DNA from: Lama guanicoe | Taxonomy: Eukaryota | Assembly (NCBI GenBank): GCA_013239625.1 | Contig: MU053557.1 | Coordinates: forward strand, 627,063 to 691,062 | Direction: 5' to 3' | DNA length: 64,000 bases | Shown here: positions 56,049 to 64,000 of the stretch, one piece after another | Numbering within the stretch: position 1 is the stretch's first letter | Layout: each line of letters starts with the position of its first letter | Made by a program: the position numbers and the translations under genes | The notes under the pieces: generated by a model | The model's input: only the letters and a program-made list of their open reading frames with translations | The model's database searches: none | What the model was told of the DNA's origin: nothing

Positions 56049-56158
56049 TTGCTATAGGGTCCTCCACTTCCTCCATAATCATAGGACTGCTGTGACTGGT
56101 CATCGATGCTGTAACTTGTCTGGTAGAAATCCGTGTTTAAGTTGTCAAAGCCTGCCAT
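56049..56158 (-). CDS. YIPF5: YIPF5 coding exon 1 (gene exon 2; exon starts at 56168 with 10 nt of 5'UTR). Encodes [36 protein letters not shown](K)
   Basis: Translation matches the recalled YIPF5/Yip1A N-terminus. Kozak gccATGG at 56158; acceptor tttctattgcag| (AG at 56170-56169); donor AA|gtaact (GT at 56048-56047); 110 coding nt. Confidence 0.97.
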
Positions 56159-56499
56159 GGCAAATGATCTGCAATAGAAAAGAAACGGCAAAGACTGCTT
56201 ATGGCCAAGGTCCTCTTGAATTCGATCCTGATACTTTGCTGAAGCAGATATCCCCATAAGGCAGCAAATAATTCTTCTAGCGTTTTGGGAAGCAGTATTT
56301 GGAAGGTGGGTTGCGGGGTGAAGGAAATGTCCAGTCCCTAAGTCAAGGCCTGGGAAGACACCTCCATCTCAAGGAGCTGATACGCCCTGGGTGAGGGGCA
56401 GGGACATGGGAGGAGTGGCTCCAAGCGGTATAAAATATCAACAACGATGACTCCTCACCTCGGGATACGGCTTTACAGCTGACAACGCCACTGCCTCCT

Positions 56500-57080
56500 T
56501 GCACAACAAAGTCTGGGCCTGCCAGGAAGGCGCGGACTCCAGGGAGGCCGCGCTTGAGCTGCAGGGGCCGCGTCACAGCAAGGCCTGAAAGGGAGCGAGG
56601 GTCTGAGCGAAAGGACCGGGGCGCGGCGCCGAGCAACAAGCCGCGCGGCCGGGTGCGGGAAGAAGGCGAACAGCGCGCCACGGAACTAGACACTCACCAA
56701 ACGCGGAGGCGGCGGCGGCGGCAGGAGGTCCAGCAGCCTCCAATAATCCCCCAAAGCAGCTTAGGACCCGGTACTGGGCCCGTTGCTACGTGTCAGAAGG
56801 CCAAAGAACTGCTTCCGGGGCACATCAGCTCGCGCAGGCGTGTTAGCAGGTTTTGCGCTCTGGTTGGACAACGAAGGAGGAGGTGGGGGGAGGACGCTAT
56901 AGGGAGCATGCGCGGTATCGACCAACTTGTCCTGCGGCGGGCCAATGGGAAGAGGGAAAAACTTCCGGCAGCCTCGTTAGCGGTGGAGGCAAAAAGCGCA
57001 GGCGCAGCAATTGTTAGTTACTGTTTGGGAGGGAGCTCAGCAGACAGAGTGCCTGGAGGAAAGCGTGCATCGCTGAGCCT
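56500..57080. promoter_or_regulatory. CpG-island promoter of YIPF5, probably bidirectional (shared with KCTD16)
   Basis: High GC and CpG density; ETS/GABP CTTCCGG at 56812-56818 and 56962-56968; CCAAT at 56942-56946; NRF1-like GCGCAGGCGCA at 56996-57006. The head-to-head YIPF5/KCTD16 arrangement is recalled from human. Confidence 0.85.
56698..56815 (-). other. YIPF5: YIPF5 non-coding exon 1 (5'UTR); transcription start approximate
   Basis: Strong minus-strand donor TTG|gtgagt (GT at 56697-56696) inside the CpG island, upstream of the exon 2 acceptor. The 5' end is inferred from the nearby ETS motif. Confidence 0.7.
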
Positions 57081-57190
57081 CTCTGCTGTCTGTGAGCTAC
57101 AAACCTCGATGTCTCTGGACTTACTGTGATTCAGGCGCTGTGCTACAGTCTATGTGTATTATTTAATCCTTACAATTTAAAGAGATGGTT
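57000..57190 (+). other. KCTD16: Possible 5' non-coding start of KCTD16 (divergent transcript)
   Basis: Inferred only from synteny and promoter architecture; no coding sequence is visible and the boundaries are not determinable. Confidence 0.35.
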
Positions 57191-57624
57191 ACTCTGTCGT
57201 TCTTTTATAGGTGGGGCTGTTAAATGTTCGTTTTACAACATTGAGTGCAGGGTTGCGTGATAACTCTGTGCTAGCGCTTTAGATGCTGGCGATACTAAGG
57301 TGAAAATAAGCCAGATGGTACTGCTCACCTGAAGTTGGGGGAGGGGTAATAAAACACATATAAATACATATAAAATCGTTACTAATACTAAGCACTCCAT
57401 AGTTCTTTGAAAGGTGTAGCATTCATCTGGGTAGACGAATCTGAAAAGCCACTAAGAAAAGGTGATGATCTAAAGGGTGAATAAGAGTTACTTAGGGAAA
57501 AGTGGGAAACAGGAAAAGGGAAGAGGAGGGCGGGGGAAGAAAAGAGCGTGACTATTTCAGGCAGAGAGAACATCCTATGCAATGTCTAGGATTAAGGAAA
57601 ACATGGTGTAGGAAAGGCGTAAAT

Positions 57625-57850
57625 CAGGGTTTCTCAGCCTCTGCACTTATAACATTTTGGTCCAAATGATTATTATGGGGGGGGTGCCCTGTACACTTAG
57701 GATGTTTAGAGCATCCCTGACATCCACCTGCTAGATGCCAGCAGCACCGCCCCTTCTCCCCTCTCCCACCCAACTCCTGTGACAACTAAAAATGTCTCCA
57801 GACATTGCAAAATGTCTCTTGGACAGCATCATAATTTGGAACTCACTGGT
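57625..57850. mobile_element. MER20-like hAT element within an L2 remnant
   Basis: cagggtttctcagcctctgcact…tgacaactaaaaatgtctccagacattgcaaaatgtc. Confidence 0.75.
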
Positions 57851-60800
57851 CTAAATGAAGTCAGGGTGACTGGAGCAGCCAGTGAAGGGAGCCACATAGG
57901 CAAGGACAACAGAAGAGGGCTAGGAAGTAGAGTGTCTTGTGGGATTCCGTTGTGTTGGTTCTAAGAAAAGGGAAGCCACTGAAGGTAATGAATTGATAAG
58001 TGGCATGATTATATTGTTACCTTTTTAAAGAAGATAGCTCTGGCCTCTGTGTTAAATCACTTTCTCATAGTGGAGGAATCCTAACTACCCTAACCCTAAT
58101 GCCATGAGCAGAACTGTCTTCAAAGTTTATAGTATTAAAATTTACACTGTGAGCCCTTGCATTACATGCTGGGGCCAAAATCTCATGGTCTTCATAAAAG
58201 AAGCCAGGCCGTTGCTCTGGGACCAGTTTGCAAAGGGATAATAGAAGTTCACTGATTAAAACTTGTCTCAGCACACAAATACACACACACCCCAACATGA
58301 AACAAACAAGTAAAAATAAAGTAAACAAATAAAAAGAAACACACTCCCCTCCAAACAAAAATAACAGGACACAACAACAAACCCAAAAACCATGCAGGAT
58401 GCTCTAAAGAAGAGCAGGCAGCTACCCTGTGAGGTTTTCTACTCCATCAAAGAATGTCTGAAATTGCTCATACAACTGTCTAATTTACCACCTCTTACCA
58501 ATAATGTTAGAGTTTGTTGATGTAGGTACCATCTGCAGAATTCTAGGTAGAGTAACTCTATGTCCTGATTTGCTAAAGACAACCCGATTGTCCCATTTTA
58601 TGCCTGGTTTTTTTCCAGCATAATTATTAATTGTGACCCCTTTTCACTCTCAAAAATATTCCAGTTTTGCTGATAAATTATATGGCTGTACTCTCTTTAA
58701 GATATATTGTCTAGGAAGCCATTTCTGGTTAACAACAATATACAATTATCTATCACTTAGTGATCTTACAGTGGAAAAAAATTCTAGTCTGTCTTGTTTC
58801 CTGTTTCCATTTTTCTCCTGTCCCAGAGAGATATTACTCTCAAATTTGAACTAAATACAAGAATATGAACGTTTAAAATTACCTGCTTAGGAATGAATTG
58901 TTAGATAAAAATGTTACTCAAATTCTGCTTCTGTCTGTGAAAGCAATTCCTATATTTACTGATTTTCTTTCCTTTCCAACCCCTGCCCTGATTGAGAAGC
59001 CAAGCAAGAAAATTGTTACATGATTAAATCTTCCTTATTGTTTGCTTGACTTTGAAACAAAAGCCAAGGTAGCCTGCAGAAGCCCCTTGGGGATTTTGAG
59101 AACATCAGTCAATTTCATGGCTAGTCAGGAAGGCCTTTCTTTTGGGAAACTTTTGTTTTGGGTGCTGCATCCACACCCTCCCACACAGAGAGCCCATAAT
59201 AGCCTCCTGAAAAGTATACTAAAGAAAACTGGAGTATTTGGTAAATGTGCTGACCTCTGGTAAAGGCGTTGAGCTGCCTTCCCTCAGAGTGGGAAACCTC
59301 AACCAGGTCTAGCGATGATGGAACACAGAGCAGGTTTGGAACAGCTGCCTAGTCCTTCCCTGGCACCTAGTATGTCAATCACTGAACCTGGGACAAAAAA
59401 GGGAAGAATATTCCAATCAAGAGCAGTATCTCTTCATTAGTTTGATAGCCATGCAAGTCCACACACTAACACTTTCACTTTTTTCACAAACATACAAGAA
59501 ACTGCTTTTTTAGGATGGCATTGAAATTGTGCTTCGGTATCTTGGAGCTGCCTTCTTTCCCCTCTGTTTTATGGTAAATATGTCGTGGGGAATTGTGCCA
59601 GAAAATTATGGTTTGAACACAGGTACTTTCCCCGACCTTTTAGCTGTATCCACAAGCACTGGATGAGGTGGGGATTCGGCAGCTATGTGCTTATCATGTC
59701 AGGTTCCACAGTGAAACCTGACAGTGATGGAAAAAAAAAAAACAATGTAAGTGGCCAAGATCTGTTTCCACAATCCTTGAATATTAATTGTGCAACCCAG
59801 ATATGATAATATCCCCCCAGAATATCCTTTATCCTTTGGAAAAGGATTTCCTCATCAAATTCTGCTTCCATTATTTCAATTATTCTACTTTGAACAATAT
59901 ATTACCTTTCTGTGAAGACAGATTTGCCTGTAACAACACTGGATGCTTTTAGGCAGAACTGGTTTTCAAAGGGCAAAGAAATTTAATCCTTATCATTATT
60001 CTTAGAATTTTGACTTCATATTGCAAGTGCTTTTTTTTAAAAAAATCTCTTCAAGATAATTTTTAAAGAAACACTCTAAGTGTTTCCACTGTAGGGCTCA
60101 CAGATACCCTCTTAAATAGCATTACTAATGTTAGGTGGATGGATATTGTGGTTTGGAATAAGAATTTCAGTGACAGTGCTGTAAGTTCTATATCGCACAT
60201 ACCTTGGGAGATAATGTAAAAAAAACCCAGCATCAGAGGACTGGGCTCTGGTGATGACTAAGCCCCTTGCGCCAAAAGTACACTTGAAAAATGTAACAGT
60301 GAATACCTGTATATACTTGCTATGTGCCTGCCACTGCCCTAAGAACTTCGCACTTTTGAACCCAATTACTTTTCCTAATAACCTGATGAGGTAGGTACTC
60401 TGTTTTTTCTCAGTAAAACTGAGAACAAACTGGTTAAATAACTTGTAGACCTGAGATTTGAATCCGGACTGTCTAGGTTGTGAGTCCTTGTGCTAAACCA
60501 ATAGACTGTATTATTATTGTTACATAACGTGAATAGGGGAAAAGGCAATATTTCTAATGAATATACTGCTTTACTTAACATATGGTTATATACATATGTA
60601 ATATGTTAAATTTGCAGTTAGACTGTTGATAATTATATCTACATCCCCAAATGTAGTACAGATATATATGTTCAAATTGATTAAAAATATGTATATGTAT
60701 TTTGTAATCTTCTCACTGGGCACATGACAAGTCCCCTAACGTTCAAGTCTACCTGCATCAGTCATGCCGTTTAGTTAATAGTGTGTGATGGTAAAGAGAG

Positions 60801-63040
60801 CATGTTCCCAGCCAGACTGCCTGGATTTACATCCTCTACAACTTACTAGCCTTGACTCTTCAGTGAGTTACTCAAGGTCTTTGTGCCTCACCTTTCTGCT
60901 GTGGGAGAGCCAGATACTCATTGTATGTGGTTGCCGGGAAGGCTGTATGAGCTAATGTGTGTAAGTACCAACAGCCCAGGACCAAGTGCTCAGTGAATGT
61001 TTGCCGTTGTCATCACTGTTGAATCTGAATTAGCCACAGAAGCACTAGGATTTTGTCAGCGACCAGAAAGGACTTTTTAAAAGCTATAATGATTAGGCTT
61101 ATGAAACTATGTGTTTCTGAGGTCAGTTACGCACATTCATTCTGTTGCTTCCCTACAGATTCTGTATTATTTTATAATTTGCCTTTTGATACTGTGGAGT
61201 GTATTAAAAATATGCTTTCTTCGCCTTCTGCCCCAGAGTCTCCAAACTGGCTTTGTCTGCGTTGTAGACTTTAGACTCACAAATACCTTTCGGTGTCAGA
61301 CGCGACTGGTTTCAGAACAACTCATACATTCATTAGAGCAGTTGTGCTTGAAAATCGCACAGCACTAACCATATTTGATTTTCTTGATGTGTTTCATGTT
61401 ATTTCAAACACTAAGGAAAATGTGTTCATCTTTCTGCTTTATCTTCCTTTCTCTCTTCTCTTTCTTCAATACATGGAGTTTAATTTACCAGGAAACAGAG
61501 CATAAGATGACTAACATTTCCAAAGATGTTTATTTGCAAAGAAAGAAAATGGCAGGGTCCTGGCCAAGGAAAACAATGACCGTAAAAATGTAATATGTAA
61601 TGTTTCTTAAAGTCATTGAGGGATCAGATTTTATTACACCTTCAATGAGGGAAAAGCCTAGAAATCACTGTATGTGTAATATATTACACTACCTTGGGCA
61701 GTGCACTTTTTATATTTTTCTGTTAGGATTCTTCATGACCTTCTCGGTTATAGACGGTTCGAGCTACCATGCTTTTCACTGCAGTTTAACTATTTTCTAT
61801 TATAAAGAATGTCGTATTAAACTCTATTTTATTATATGACAGTGTTTCCAGGGCTAGATAATGCTGCTCGGGGTGCTTTAAGCATTTAATTTATAAATAA
61901 ATTTAAATATAAATCGAAAATATTCTTGTTTTAAGTTTCTACCTTGCCTTTTGGCGTACACGTGCCCAAGCTACAAAATCCTAATTTTTTGTCTTGATCT
62001 GATTTTCACTTTAATGTCTTGATAGTAACAGTGTCTCACCTGAGTGTGAGGTAGCCCACTGTGTGCAAGCCAGGTGACCATGTGGGAGAGGCTCCTAGCT
62101 AGATGCCCTTGTGAAGTAGCACACACTATTTTAAAACTTTAATCATTATTCTTCCGTTCTTCAATTCTTCCCTAAATGCTGGAGAATGAATGTTCTCTGA
62201 GTGTAGAATGTTTACTGTTATGGTTACTGGAGAGTGTTACTATGTCTTAACCATAATGTTTTTCATGCACTTAGATATTACATTTTGCTCTTCAGATTTC
62301 TAATTATAACACGAAGTAAACTCTTTTCCTAAAATGAGGATAATTTCATCTTAAAACAATCAGAGGCATGTGAGATCAAACTTAATGATTTTCATTCAAT
62401 TCTGCAAATTTAGATCTGGAAGTCAAAGACAAACACATTTTTGCCTTTTGATTTTACATTAAACAGTCAAGATAGTTTTGACTCTTCCTCTGCAGCCCTA
62501 AATCTGCAGAAATTAATGATAACCACAAATTCCCTGCTGTCTGAGATAATGGGTTTTTCCCTCTGGAGTAAAATATAAACATTTCTTTCTGCTTGCTAAG
62601 ATTTTATTTTAGAAAGATTAACATTGTTTGAAAGAATAGTTGATTTTAGGTTTATAAATATCATTTCTTAGCTGGACTCTCTCTAAAAGCTCTTCCTGTT
62701 AATTCCAAAATTGACTTCTGTACTAAATGTTATATTATATTCCCTTTCCCACTCCCTGGAAATTAAATATCTTAGCTTGACGTTAAAACTTTGAGAGAGC
62801 CCTAGGAGATTAGCCTGAATTCACTGAGATATCGCTAAACTGAACAAAAAAAGACTGGTCTTCACAGACAATCAAGACAGCAAGTGCCTCAGAAAATGAG
62901 CAAAACACCTCTCGTTTGACTGACTTCCCATGACAAGAATTAAAGAGAATTAATACTGACAGGAACCTTGAGATCATTCATTCCCTACCCTCAGATTTTA
63001 CAAGTGAGAATCAGAGGCCAGGAGAAGTGAAGAGATGTGT

Positions 63041-63463
63041 TGTAAGACCTAAATCTCAGCGGGTGCCTTGACGTTTCTGACCTTGACGGGGCTCCAAAAG
63101 CCTAGCCATGAGTTCCTCTGCCCTTGCCAGGTGTGCCCTACCCACAAGGAAAGGCTGTGCACCTGGCTGGTTCTACCAGCCACACCAGCTATGCCCCGCC
63201 CGGTTTTACCTTCCTACAAGTTGGTAAAATTATTCAAACAAACCAATCATATACCCCTTGGGATCCAGGGATCACCCAAAGTCTGCCACCCAAAGTGAAC
63301 CCCCTGTGGGTTCACTCTTTCCTGAGCGTAGCATCCACGTGGACCTGCATGGCTTGCAATGTCCTCCCAGGGGCTGTGAGTACAAGTGATTAATAAACCA
63401 TTGCTATTCTCATCTGTCCACTGTTCAGTGTTATATGTTCCACTAAACCCTCCTTCGCCAACA
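63041..63463 (+). mobile_element. LTR-like element
   Basis: tgtaag start, aaccaatc CCAAT box, taataaacc poly(A) signal, …aca end; no TSD recognised. Confidence 0.5.
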
Positions 63464-64000
63464 GAGTGAATAAAAGGTGATCAGAATGAGGGATTTGATC
63501 ATTTGTGCTAATATGGCTAGTGTCAGATTCATCATTGTATCCTTCTGTGACTTCCAGATAGTAGATGACAATAAAGATGAGATGGTAAATAAGTGAGTAA
63601 TTATAACTGTCTAATTACAGCTCGAGCTCTGTTGGGATAGAGGGCATATTAGATGCACTTTGTGTCCCAGCGCTAGGGCATAGAATAATGCTGTGTTTGT
63701 GGTATGTATTCATTTATTTAGCAATTATTTATTGAGAATCCAACGTGTGCCAGTCACTACATGCAACAAACAGACTCTGTGTCTGCCTATCTGTGTTTTA
63801 AGCTTGAAAAAGTCCATCTGCCCTGCAGGTTGGCTGCAAGCTAGCCCTCTTCAGTCATCTGCCTGGAGGAATGCTCCTGTTCCCCAGTGCTTCCAGCTTC
63901 ATAAAATTACTACTGAGTTTCCATCCAGCCTGGCTTGCCATTCCTTGTTTGTGAACTGGAAGGTCCAGGCCAGGAAGAGGCTCTCATTTGCAGACCTGCT

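Noticed and set aside
56554..57129. 191-aa + strand ORF and overlapping 116-aa minus-strand ORF
   Set aside because: Non-ATG starts, Arg/Gly/Ala-rich composition typical of CpG islands, and no BTB domain as KCTD16 would need.

Overview
Mammalian genomic DNA, not prokaryotic. It is probably camelid, inferred from several tRNA-Ala-derived SINEs of Vic-1-like form. The only protein-coding gene I can support is YIPF5 on the minus strand. I traced five coding exons through their GT-AG boundaries (110+173+146+182+163 = 774 nt, 257 aa plus TGA), with a non-coding first exon in a CpG island at about 56.5-57.1 kb. That island looks like a bidirectional promoter; in human, KCTD16 starts head-to-head with YIPF5, but no KCTD16 coding sequence is visible in this window. 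The first ~38 kb is intergenic and rich in repeats: solo ERV LTRs with target-site duplications (TSDs), L1 fragments, MLT/MaLR, L2/MIR and DNA transposons. Apart from YIPF5 pieces, the ORF-track entries look spurious. I found no clear new multi-gene system. The most unusual item is a tail-less tRNA-derived SINE head with intact Pol III boxes fused to a CpG-rich unique segment at about 14.26-14.55 kb. Other leads are candidate distal poly(A) sites and 5' isoforms of YIPF5, an orphan CpG/CTCF element near 30.9 kb and a TATA/palindrome module near 6.3 kb. Repeat family names are by-eye recognitions and their boundaries are approximate unless a TSD is given.
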